The notes below the pieces were generated by a model. The model ran no database searches. It worked only from the letters and a program-made list of their open reading frames with translations, and had not been told where the DNA came from. Positions 38,005 through 49,366 of a stretch of 49,366 nucleotides of DNA are shown here, piece after piece; the first letter of the stretch is position 1, and every line of letters starts with the position of its first letter. The translations under genes were made by a program, and so were the position numbers. Origin of the DNA: Welwitschia mirabilis (Eukaryota); contig JBOZIK010000001.1 in the NCBI GenBank assembly GCA_051453625.1, forward strand, positions 28,827,931 to 28,877,296. Direction: 5' to 3'.

Positions 38005-41000
38005 CTCCCTCTCTTAAGCTTGATATTTGTCCTTGTAATGTTGTTCCTCCATGGGATTGTTTTGTTGTGGGTTAATTTGGCATTAGACTCCTCATCATTA
38101 TTATGTTCCTATGGATCAATAAATAATTCATTAATCTTTATTTACAAATAAACCTATATAATTCTATTTCATTTATAATCATTTTTTCAACTACACACTG
38201 CTCATAGTAAGATCATTTTATTAAGATATCTTTTGTTGATTTTTCTCTCAATTATCTTTATTTATTTGTCTTAATAAAAATTATGTTAGTTGTAAAAGTA
38301 AAATTAGATCTTATCATATGTTTCTTTTAATTTAAAATATAATCGTGAAATTTTCATACATAATAAGTTTTAAAAGGGCTAACATGGAACACTCGGTGAA
38401 CATGAAAGGATTCTTTAAGAAGATGAAGTTTATATGAAAATTCATCTATTCTCTTAATAACATGAAAATTTATACAGAATTAAGGTTCTAATTTACCATA
38501 TTTTCCTATCTTTAAGATTATTCATTCTAGTCTAACTCTTAGTAATACTTAATCATCAACTTAAAAAATGCAGTGGGGATGTTTCTAATCAAAATATTTT
38601 TTATATTTATCTTATGTATCTTGTAATTGTTGTTCAACTTTTTTAATTACTTCTTTTATTTTTTAAATTTCTTTTGTTCCTTCTTTATATTTTTGTACTT
38701 GATCTAACCAACTTATAGGAGTTCCATAATTCTTACAATACAATGCTTCAAATGAGAAACCTTTGATTAAAGTCTAGTAACCTTAGTTATATGTAAATTT
38801 TAGCAAATTATAGTCACATAACTTCTCAAAATGTCTTCTAAGATATAATTCACTTGCTCTATTTATCCATCTATTTCTAGATGAACATCTATGTTAGAAA
38901 CTACTTGACTACCTATTTTCTTAAGGAATTCTTATCAAAAGTTTGTTACAAATTTTAAATCTCTATTGGAAATGATAATCTATAAATTCCATGTAAAAGA
39001 AATACTTTTCTTATAAATTAACTAATAATGTCTTTTGCAATGGCTATGTTCCTGGTTGAGATTAAATATACCATCTAGATAAGGTAATCTATAGTTACAA
39101 ATATGGTGTTGTTTAGTTTAATTATCTTTGATAACCCTATAATGAAATCTATAGTAATTTTTTTTTCATTTATAGGATGGCACTTCCAAGGATTTTAGGA
39201 ATCCAATAAGTTGTTTCTATTTAATATAATTGCTTATCATATTATAAGACCTTTGATAAATGCTTTAACTTATGACTTCATTCTTAGCCAATAATAGCAC
39301 TTCCTTAAACTAATGTATGTTTTTGTAAAGCTAGAATGACTTAAATATTAAACTTCATGTGCTTCTCTAACTATATGAGGATTCCAAGATCTAGTAGAAA
39401 TACAAAATTAAGTTCATCTTAGAACCTTTTATTAGTAGTTTAAATAAAAAACATATTTACTAATCATAACTTTATTTCAAGTTTATTTAAATTCCTGATC
39501 TTATGTAGCTTTTTCTTTAGTTTCTTTGGTCATCTAGGGATTTACTATATATATCATTATATACCACATATGACTAAGAGCATCTACAACTTTGTTCTCT
39601 TTTTTAAATATAATGTTAAGGTCAAAATAATATTGTATTGATACTTCTACACACCTTTATTGTCTCATATTCAAAAAGGTTATTTCTAAAAAATTCTAAA
39701 CTTTTATGATTACTCTGGGTTTGAACTTTACTTTTCAAAAGGTAATGTTTTCATACTTTACTTCATGAATTATGACTAGTAATTCTAATTAATGCACTTT
39801 ATAACTATATTGAGGTTTATTTAACTTGAGCTAACCTCCATTCTTGTATCAAAACTACTATTCACTTTCCACAAGCATCTATAACTACTAAGAATTATTT
39901 TTTTTGTTTTGGGATTTTTAGAACTAGGATTTTGATTAGTAGGAGTTATCTTCATACAAATTCTTCTTTGCATCTATTATAAAAGTGAAATGAAACTTTG
40001 TCTTTAGTCAAATTTAGCATTAGGCTTACAACTTTAAAGAAGTTTTGGTTAAATGTTTATAGAATCATATAGAACCAAGGAAACCTTTTAATTTGATGGG
40101 CATTTTTGACTTTTGATATTTCCTTACAATTTGTACTTTGCTAGGATTGTTTTTTAAACCTTTTTCAAGTATGATGTATCCTAAATAATGGATTAAATTC
40201 TTAAAGAACTTACATTTGCTTAGTCTGGCTATTAAAACATTTTCTTTAAGTAACTGTAAAATGTAATTTAAATGTTTAATGTGTTCTTCCCTACTTTTCA
40301 AGTAAATAAAAATACCATTTATAAAAAAATAATAAATTGATCTAAATAGGGATGAAATATATTACTCATCAATGTTTTAAATGTAGTAGTAGCATTTCTT
40401 AAACCAAAAGGCATAACCATGAAGTGCAAATTGTTGTATCTAGTTTAAGAAGCTATTTTTGAAACATCATATTCTTTGATATAAATTTGATGACATTCTA
40501 TGTTTAAATAAATTTTTATAAAATGCCTTTCTTCCTATATTTGATCAAAAATATCATATATTTAAGGTTTTGGATACTTATTCTTTAATATTACCTTGTT
40601 TAACTAGTGATAAATAATGCAAATCTTTAGCAATGAATATTTTTTTAAAAAAATTTAAACTAGTTATCTTTAAAGTGACATATTATTCTTGATTTTATGT
40701 TTACTTACATTTATTAAATTTGTAATTTTAGCCCTTTAAGCTTAATGACCCAAAATATATATGATACTTCTTGAAAGTCATATAGCTCAATAGGTAGGTA
40801 TACTTCCATATTGTTCATCACTATGACATAAAATAAGTAAATTACCTTAAATGTATTTTTTATTTTCATATTTATTATGAATAATAGTTGTTTACTTTTA
40901 ATTCTTCTTTTAAAATTTGTCTTCTAGACAAAATGAGAATAAGTATGATTTCTCTTTTAAATGAGTTCTTAGAAAGAAATTTTTATAAGTGCCTCATATT

Positions 41001-42000
41001 TTCTTAGAATTAGAGACATAAAAGTTATTGGTAAAATGTAGTTAATTAATTATATAATTTAATTATGCATAGTAATCTAACTAAGTGATTATTTTTCCTT
41101 CTTATACTTTAAACCTAGAAGTTGATTTCATATACTTTTATTTTGGAAGTAATTGTAATATTATAAGAAATAAAATTATCACTAGCATCATAATAAATTA
41201 GAAATATGATAGGAAAATTATGTAAAAATTACTTAAGTAAAAATATACAAAATTAGTTTTGCACAAAACCCATTTGAACTATGGTGAATTACCTTTTTAT
41301 TACTTGTAGTTATTCTTGTTTTATAATTGGCTAACTAGAATTCACATATTTCTTTCTTTTAGAATAATTATTGATAATGTAACCCTTCTTCTTATAGTAG
41401 GGAAAATTAATTCTTAGAAACTTTTACTTAAAGTTTATGATGGGGATGGAGAGTTCTAATGTCTTAGCTATGAAGTAATAGCTATTACCATTTGGGCCAT
41501 CATTGGATTTTTTTATTCCACCTTCATATGATATTTTATCTTTCTACACACTTCTTATAGAGATTTAGGTCCTAAAGGATAGATAAACTTTCTTAATCAA
41601 GATGTTAGAGTAGCAATAAAATTATTGACAAGTTCATCTTGGTCTTGTTGGATTTGGAATTTTTGTCATTTTGTGGAATTCTTTCAATTACTCCTTAAGA
41701 CTCTTTCTATCTAATATTAAGCATTTGAAATACGTCCTTATATTCTTAATAAAGTACTCAAGAATAAAAACCTTTTTAAATTACATAATGCATATCATTC
41801 AATCAACTTGTTCATTTCTTATTGCACTTAAAATTTACCAAGTGATAGCATCTTCTATGAGGAACATGCTAGCATATCAATTACATGAGCTATTCTCTAC
41901 ATTTTTGAAACTAAAATGGTTTTTGATGTATTGCAATCATTTTAATGTTTTTTCATAAGATCCTTAGGTGCTTATGTATATGCAAATGTATACTTTCTTT
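38005..42000 (-). pseudogene. Ty3/gypsy chromovirus gag-pol remnant with PPT (gag, CCHC, protease, RT, RNase H, integrase, chromodomain-like tail)
   Basis: Minus strand: YASMFLIEDAITW (~41877-41839); knuckle KKGYIINNY (~41390); DASDNFIS (~41190); FMVMPFGLRNA (~40424-40392); ORF 40065-40301 SREEHIKHL...LSKCKF...YLGYII...NPSKV; TIDFIIGL (~39155); LHGI--IISNRDLKF (~38995); VHRVFHVS (~38401); PPT AAGAGAGGGAG at 38005-38015. 5' LTR and PBS not found. Confidence 0.9.
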
Positions 42001-42649
42001 ACATTTTCTTGTATGTCTTAATCTTTTATGTTGTTTTTTAAAGGTAAGTTATGAATGTGATATTATTATTTTTGCCTACACATCTCTTCATGTACATGTT
42101 ATTTAGAGTATTAAGAGGAATTCTTATTTAAATACTACATATTTTTATTTTATTCTTGTAAGGATTATTGCATTTGATATTAGAGTTCTTTAATTAATTA
42201 TTTCCATGTTCTTTTTTTCCAGAGCTCTAAGGATAGAGTTTAGCTTATCATAAGTAAATTTATATAAAGCCTCAACATTCACATAATTAATCTATGGTTG
42301 ATATAATACTTCTTTGATTTACTGTTGTAAAGCATTGATGTGGTTATTTGTATGATCTTCCATGGTTAGCCAATGTGTGCATTATTGAGGGGCTACCTAG
42401 ACTTCATTGTTACTTTATTTTTTAGGTTAAAAATTTATTATTAATATAATTATTATAATATCTTGATTATAAGTTAAAACTACTTAACTACTTCATATTT
42501 AACACATGTTATTTATAACAACATAATAAAATTAATGAAATATCTTTGATTTTGTAACAATTTATTCTAGTATTAAATCAAGTATTGGTGGATTCCACTT
42601 AATAATGTAGGATTGCTATGACTTTAGTGCATATTTCTTTAACTACTTA

Positions 42650-42950
42650 CATTATGTTGACATGAATTTTTAGGTAGTGATTAGTGGTGTGATAATCCCT
42701 TATGAATCTGATGAAGTATTATGCTTCCATAACTATTGTTACTAGGATAGAATTGATTTTAATGTACTTAGTTAATAGTGTAATTATTCCTTATATAATT
42801 AATAAAGTATTATGATTTCATGACTATTAATGTTGGTTTAACATCAATTTTGAGGTTCCTATTAATAGTGTAACAGTTACTTATGGATCTGATAAATTAT
42901 TATGCTCCTATAAATACTGATCTTAGTTCGACATCGATTTTGAAATGCCT
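42650..42950 (+). repeat. Degenerate tandem repeat, period 90-91 bp, at least 3 units
   Basis: GTGT.A.....CTTAT..AT..AT.AA.TATTATG motif at 42687, 42778 and 42868. Cut on the right by element C. Confidence 0.8.
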
Positions 42951-42951
42951 T

Positions 42952-45900
42952 TATTAACATGTAAAACGTAACATTTATATCTAGTGTTTTATGTAAATTT
43001 AATGTAAATGAAGATATTAATTTAATTATTTTATTCATAAAATACGTCTTCTATTATTTTTTAAAATAAGATTTAAAATTATTATTTTCTCCATAATAAT
43101 TATAGATATTTAGTCACATTTTATAATACATGGTAGAATATTAACACACTTACACATAAAACACTCATGGTAATAGAGACATGAGGGGATGAAAGCTAGT
43201 AGTAACATTAAAAGACATGTGGTTGAGGTATGTAGATGTGAAACTGGAGACATGTGGTAATAGCACCAATTGGTAAATGAATTTAGCTCTAAAGGACATA
43301 TGTTAAACTCATCATGGTGAATATTCCATCTAATGCTATTTGAAAATCCCCATCAAATGCTATAAGAAAATCTCCATCAAAAGCTAAATGATGAATAGTA
43401 TACCTAATGCTATAGGATAGAATCTTATCTGCTTAACACTACAAGACCACCTTCGCTAAATTCTATGAGATATAGTCTTATCTATCTAACATTAAATGAT
43501 GAAGATTCTACATAATGCTACATGCCAAGAGCTTGTAACCACCTCTTACCTCCATCTCTCCTTATAAAATGGCCTTGAACCATTCATTCTACTCATCTTT
43601 TGCCTTGTAGAAATTGGAGATTTTGGCACATCAACTTGTGATGGATTTCTAGGTGACTTTTTAGTGGAGTGAGCTAGTCTTTGAAGTTTATTTGAAGAGT
43701 TATTCTTGATTCCTTCTTTCTTTGCTATAAATTTTTTATTTCTATAATGAAAAAGTTGTTTTTCTTAATAACCCTTTGAACCAATAATTCCATTCTCAAA
43801 TTTACCTTATAAGTAATATTTAAACCTTAATGATGATGATAAACCACACCTTTGGGACCATCTTCTGATGCCTTTCTCAATGATCATTTACATTAAACGA
43901 TTTCATATCATCTGTATCATCATCCCATAATGAAGTCTTAGATGAGTTGTTGAGTAAATAAGAATAGAATAAGGATTGGAAAATTATTGATTTTGAATGC
44001 ATTAATTTTACTACTAGTGTTAATGTTCTTTTCATTTTTATAGATTCATGCATATATGTTTATATGGATTTGTTCTCCTCTTTAAATGTGTTGCATAATT
44101 TTGATATACCATTTAAAGAACACACTTATTATTTTGAACCTTTACATTTGTAATACCTTGAAAAAGGCATTGAAAATGTTTTTACTTCATCGTATGTATC
44201 TAGATTATATTTTTATTTTAGTGTGAAATTTTATTTTAGAATAAATTTTAGTTTGAAAAAATAAAAAATGCTGAAAAATGTTGTGCTTGATTCCCTTTTT
44301 GGTCTAAAATATTATAAGCATCTACATTTGTACAATTACAAACTTAAACTTTTTTAGGTAGGAAATCCTAATTACTACTCCTACATAGAATAAATCATTG
44401 CTACCTAAAACCCAATGTTTCATTTCTTCCATTTTCATTCAACACTCTTAAATTCATCAACCACCCTTCCCTTCTATCTATTCACGAGCTATTAAAATTA
44501 GATGGCTCTAGTTGATGGCCTCTAAGTGAATACACTATTAATAAGTGATAATATTATTATTTTAAACTAGATAAAATTTAAGTTTACTTGTATTCTTTGA
44601 GAAGATGTTTTGCTAATTTTTTAGTTAACTTATTAAGTCTTAGTTCAATATAAGGTCTTCCAATTGAAAAATATGGTTGAATTAAAGTGGAATCTACTTT
44701 TTTATTAAGTGAATGATTTTCAAAACTTTTATGGAAACAATATTTGTGTTGATTATGCTAAAGAGTTAATAACCCCTTTGTGTGTATTAAAAATTATTAA
44801 ATATGAGAAGGATCACTATAAAGAAAATAAAAATATCTTATCTTTAAAAGAACATTATTTTATGATAAATTAAAATTTGGTTTAGTTAACTACATTGGGG
44901 TTATGGATGCTCATATGCAATGCATCTTTAACAATTTAATTTATAACATGTTTAAGTTTATTGGGATGTAAATGTTCACCAACAATGCAATACTGACTCC
45001 TTTATATATAAACATGTTTATCTCTATTAGAAGAGATGTTATAACACTAAATGCTTAATTAGATCAAAATGATTAAAACAGAGAAGTAAGACATGATTAT
45101 AGAAACTAAATATTGGAATGAGAAAGGTTGAATTGGGAGATTCTTTTATATTTACTTTTCTTTAACTTGTATACTTGAAAATTTTATTTTTGATTAATTG
45201 CAGGTTTATTTAGAGGATATTTGATTCATCTGATACTATGATAAATTTAAATTAAAAATAAAATGCATTAAAGTTTTAATAGATGTAATCATTATCTTAG
45301 GTATTTTATCTTTTTCAATTCATAGATGATGAATTTTCATTAGATTCCATGTTTGTTATTCCCTCAAGATTACACTTTAATTTAATCCTTGCATAAAATT
45401 TCCTATCTCTATAGCTTTGAGAACAAAGTTTAGTTTTGTATAGGGGGTATATCATCTATTTGTTTTCCACTAAATTTTTTATTTTCATGCCTTAATTATA
45501 GAAAATTAGTTATAAAACTTTTCAAAGTTATATCAGTTTCACATCTCATCACTTTGACTTAGATAATTTTTCATGTTTAATCATGTTATTATCAAATTTT
45601 TTCTAACACACTAGAAAATATCTAGTTAGGAGGTGTTATAACATGTAAAACTTGATATTTATATCAAGTGTTTCAAATTAAGTTATTTTAAATAAAGACA
45701 CTAATCTAATTACTTTAATTATAAAACATGTCTTTTATTATGTTTTAAAGTAAGTTTAATATTATTCTTTTCTCCATGATAATTTTAGGTCTTTAGTCAC
45801 ATTTTGAAATACATGATAGAAGATGAGCATAATTCCACATAGTGTTAATGAAGACATGAGATGGTGACATGTACTAGTAGCAATAGGAGACATGTGAAAG

Positions 45901-46001
45901 AGTTATGTAAAGGTGTTAGTGAAGACATCTAATAATAGCATCAGTTGGTAGAGGAATTTAACTATAAAGGACTTATGTTAAACTCTTTATAAAGAAGATT
46001 T
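42952..46001 (+). mobile_element. Element C: second, internally deleted copy of the B family
   Basis: Partial 5' LTR 42952-~43601 is homologous to B's LTRs up to just past the TATA box. Interior ~43750-45635 is collinear with B ~28240-30192. PPT AGTTAGGAGGTG. 3' LTR starts at 45636 and is cut at 46001 by the Sirevirus. Confidence 0.88.
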
Positions 46002-47335
46002 TGATAGGATCAAGAACCCTAGAGGAGGGTGAATAGATTCTTTTCAAAAACTTTAAGTTTAAAACAACTTAATAAAATCTAATCAAAAATTTCATATAAC
46101 CAATAATAAAATCAAAATCATTCATACAAGGAATGAAAAATAGAGTATAAAGCATAAAATAGAAACTACCAATTTGGATTCATAGAAGATTTATAGTGGT
46201 TTAGAAACTTTCCTACTCCACTCTAGATGATCAACTTCTCCCAAGATTGATCTCGGATCTCTGTTACTTTACAGGTTTATCAGGCTCACTTGTTAATCCT
46301 TACAAATGGACTTTTACAGGCTAAGTCTTAACCTTAACAATGAACTTTTATAGGTTAAGTCTCAGCCTTTGACAACAGACTTTTATAGGCTAAGTCTCAA
46401 CCTTTGAATACAAATAGAAGTGATGCAATGAAGCATTTGTAGCTATAATATTACTTGTTCAGTATTAGTACATAAAATGGAGCTCTTCTTCTAATGAATA
46501 TAGTGATGAAGTTCTTAGATCTGATACTGGGTAATGTCCTATTCAAGAATAGATCTCCTCAATTAGATATTAATTAGTTTAAAAGATGTTCCAATGAAAT
46601 ATGGTACTTGATATTTTAGATCTATAATGAATATGTCGGTTTTGAAAATGTGCCAAAATATCTCTAAGTCATCTCTTACCTAAGTATATATAATGTAGGG
46701 TTATTAGGGTTTGATATAATTGAATTACACCTCTAATGGCTATAAATGGTTAGAAAACAGCTAGGTAATAGCTAGGTAATAAATACATAATGTCTACAAG
46801 ATTTACTTTTTTGTACCATTCAGTTGACCCCACAAATATCTAGTCAACTCCATAAGGACTCCATTGATCCCATCCTGGGTTTGGTTGATCTCTTGTCTCT
46901 TACTTTAGGACTATAGACTTATCAGCTCCTCAAGTTTGTTTAACACCATAAAACTCCAGATAATCCCTTTCCTTTTGTTCTGGGACTTGACTATTAGCTT
47001 TTTAAATCTAGTTAACCCCATGAATATCCAGTCAACCCCATTCCTCTTAGTCTGGAACTATTAATTCTTGAGATCATAGGTCTAGTCAACCCCTTCATAA
47101 TCTGATTGACTCCTCTGGGTTTAGTTAATTTTTGTTGTATCTGCTTTAGGTTCGGTCGTTCCTCTAGGATTTGATCAATCCCCACTGAAGGTAAACATAA
47201 CTAAGTAGTTTCTTTTATGCATTTGGTCCACATTTTTTACCTACATAACTTAAACTCATTTACACACAATATCTAACACATTTGCACTATACTAGAGGAA
47301 TTAATTTGACATCAATTGTCAAATATAATCTAACA
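46002..47335 (-). repeat. 3' LTR of the Sirevirus (1334 bp)
   Basis: Minus strand starts TGTTAG at 47335 and ends ...TATCA at 46002. TATA-like TATATA (~46686-46691). Palindrome-derived repeats in U3. Three ~35-bp TTTTAYAGGYTAAGTCT repeats (46311-46404). Confidence 0.9.
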
Positions 47336-48090
47336 ATCTCCCTCTTTGACATTGATGGCAAACAATTTAGTGATTTTAAATATTTAAACAATTTATACTC
47401 ATTTACTAAACATTTTAAAGAGCACATTAAAAAATTCAAAAATCTCCCCCTTACAACAAGAATTATATATACGTAAGCAAAATGTAATATAGGTAATCTT
47501 TCCTCCTTGTTTAACTAAGTTAGTATAAATATTTAAAAATTATTATAAAAAGAGCATATTGAATTGAATATTGAATATTAAAAGCACTANNNNNNNNNNN
47601 NNNNNNNNNNNNNNNNNNNNNNNNNNNNNNNNNNNNNNNNNNNNNNNNNNNNNNNNNNNNNNNNNNNNNNNNNNNNNNNNNNNNNNNNNNNNNNNNNNNN
47701 NNNNNNNNNNNNNNNNNNNNNNNNNNNNNNNNNNNNNNNNNNNNNNNNNNNNNNNNNNNNNNNNNNNNNNNNNNNNNNNNNNNNNNNNNNNNNNNNNNNN
47801 NNNNNNNNNNNNNNNNNNNNNNNNNNNNNNNNNNNNNNNNNNNNNNNNNNNNNNNNNNNNNNNNNNNNNNNNNNNNNNNNNNNNNNNNNNNNNNNNNNNN
47901 NNNNNNNNNNNNNNNNNNNNNNNNNNNNNNNNNNNNNGTTAGTATAAATATTCAAAAATTATTATAAAAAGAGCATATTGAATTGAATATTGAATATTAA
48001 AAGCACTACATCTTCTCTTCCCCTTTGACATCAATGGCAAATAATAATTAGATTTAGGTACTTTTAAAAACATATTCTCTCCTCCTATGT
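47336..48090 (-). promoter_or_regulatory. Multiple polypurine tracts upstream of the Sirevirus 3' LTR
   Basis: Plus-strand ATCTCCCTCTTTGACATTGATGGCA (47336), ATCTCCCCCTT (47442), TTCCCCCTTTGACATCAATGGCA (48018), TCTCTCCTCCT (48076). Confidence 0.85.
47590..47937. other. Assembly gap with 71-bp duplicated flanks
   Basis: 47519-47589 equals 47938-48008 except at one base. Confidence 0.97.
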
Positions 48091-48599
48091 CTATATCAAA
48101 TGATAAATACTGATAAGCCAAAAATTTGAAAACATATTGAGGCATTTTGAATAGACAAACTATGCTTTTAGATGAGAAAATCTTGAATATGCACAAAATT
48201 CTACCACAATTAATGATCAAAATAACACTTATGAATTACATACTTAAATGATACCATTTGAGAACAAATTGTGATGGTAATGCAACATATGATAAAAATA
48301 TTTTAATTCATTTTTACTTGAGATGATAATTTTAATTTTTTTCAATTAATATTGCACTCAAAAATATCAAAATAATGCAAGAATTAAGCTCAAATATAAG
48401 ACTAGATTTCATTAACAATAAGAAACTATTACAAAGTTCTATACTGAACAAGAAAGACAGAAATACTCATTAAGAGCATACATCTGAAAAATTCCATTCA
48501 AAAAAAGGTACAAAACTCTCTTTTTAATAATAAAAGCAAAAGAAAGAGAAACATAACAAAGATCTCAAAAACAAGAAGGATTTAATTTGATTCCTCCTC

Positions 48600-49366
48600 C
48601 TATTCTTCTTCTTCTTCTTCTTCTTCATATTCTTCCTTTGAATCTTCTTCATCTCCAATAGTATGAGCAAATCTGGTAACTTTAGCTGAGGTATTCGTAA
48701 TGTCATATCCAACTGCTATGAGTGCTTCTTTCATATTCCTAGTATAAGGGTCAATCCATTTCAAATATGAAAGAGCCTTATCTANNNNNNNNNNNNNNNN
48801 NNNNNNNNNNNNNNNNNNNNNNNNNNNNNNNNNNNNNNNNNNNNNNNNNNNNNNNNNNNNNNNNNNNNNNNNNNNNNNNNNNNNAGGTATTCGCAATGTC
48901 ATATCCAACTGCTATGAGTGCTTCTTTCATATTCCTGGTATAAGGGTCAATCCATTTCAAATATGAAAGAGCCTTATCTAGAGATGTTACCTTTGGGGTT
49001 TCAGAAGCATATTTCTTTGAAGGAGAAAAAATATGCATGTAAGACAAAGTCACACATCCAATGGGTAATAGGAAATAAAGAGTCTCCAAAGAAGAATACA
49101 GATTAATATAAAAATGACAACAAATTTTAGTGATAATCATAGAGTAAGGTAGATCCCTAGTTCTGCGGTACTCCAACTGTGAAGTCATGTTTTTCAATAT
49201 TATGGTAGGAGCATTAATAAAATGATTAGTTCCTATTAAATACATCAAATAAACTTTGTTGTTAGAGGCTTCATCACAACTGCTAGCTAAAGGCAGAAAA
49301 TTAGAAGTAAAGATCAAATGGATAAAGCGATATTTTAGAGTCAATAGAGAAGAAGAAATAGCATGC
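48600..49366 (-). CDS. Sirevirus extra ORF (env-like position; plant transposon-associated protein domain), C-terminal part with acidic tail
   Basis: Open from the window edge: ...RFIHLIFTSNFLP...LMYLIGTNHFINAPTIILKNM...LPYSMIITKICCHFYINL (cf. LPYGxxLTxIxxHFxV motif of retroelement extra ORFs). Joins ...DEEDSKEEYEEEEEEE* at 48600 if the duplicated gap flanks are collapsed. Confidence 0.7.
48785..48884. other. Assembly gap (100 N) with 96-bp duplicated flanks
   Basis: 48689-48784 equals 48885-48980 except at two bases. Confidence 0.97.

Larger units (their letters stand above)
46002..49366 (-). mobile_element. Sirevirus (SIRE/Maximus Ty1/copia) 3' portion; continues off the right edge
   Basis: LTR 46002-47335 with the Sirevirus-type minus-strand 3' motif CTATTCACCCTCCTCTAG...ATCA, multiple PPTs upstream, and an extra ORF upstream of those. 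Predicted TSD GATTT (45997-46001). Confidence 0.88.

Noticed and set aside
42708..42745. CTGATGA as a hammerhead ribozyme core (retrozyme)
   Set aside because: A short possible stem follows, but there is no GAAA core or stem III, and the other repeat units lack CTGATGA.
48524..48712. Poly-Lys ORF (KKKKKKKNRRR, NLS-like)
   Set aside because: Alternative frame of the (GAA)n tract that encodes the poly-Glu tail of the Sirevirus extra ORF.

Overview
Eukaryotic, almost certainly plant, heterochromatic DNA. It is very AT-rich, strongly CpG-depleted and made almost entirely of nested, heavily decayed retrotransposons. I can support no intact host gene, RNA gene, CRISPR array or prokaryotic feature. 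From left to right: a minus-strand LTR end (1-885) inserted into a near full-length decayed L1-type LINE (~886-5900); a chromovirus-like Ty3 RT-end/RNaseH/integrase remnant (~7340-9200); a LINE endonuclease fragment (~10810-11200); a tandem TRIM-like array (~11230-12731); and a Ty1/copia element (~12750-34550) split inside its integrase by a 17.5 kb Athila-like Ty3 element A (15411-32896, TSD tccat/accat). The 3' LTR of A is itself split by a 6.9 kb non-autonomous LTR element B (24734-31596, perfect TSD ataat). Further right are a minus-strand chromovirus gag-pol remnant (~38005-42000), a deleted second copy of family B (element C, 42952-46001), and a less decayed Sirevirus (46002 to window end, minus strand) with multiple PPTs and an extra ORF. 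Domain calls rest on manual translation of degenerate motifs, not database searches. Almost every ORF in the supplied track is a fragment of these elements, chance, or an N-gap artefact. I found no convincing new biological system. The most notable observations concern element architecture, nesting order and the strong GC-to-AT mutational erosion.
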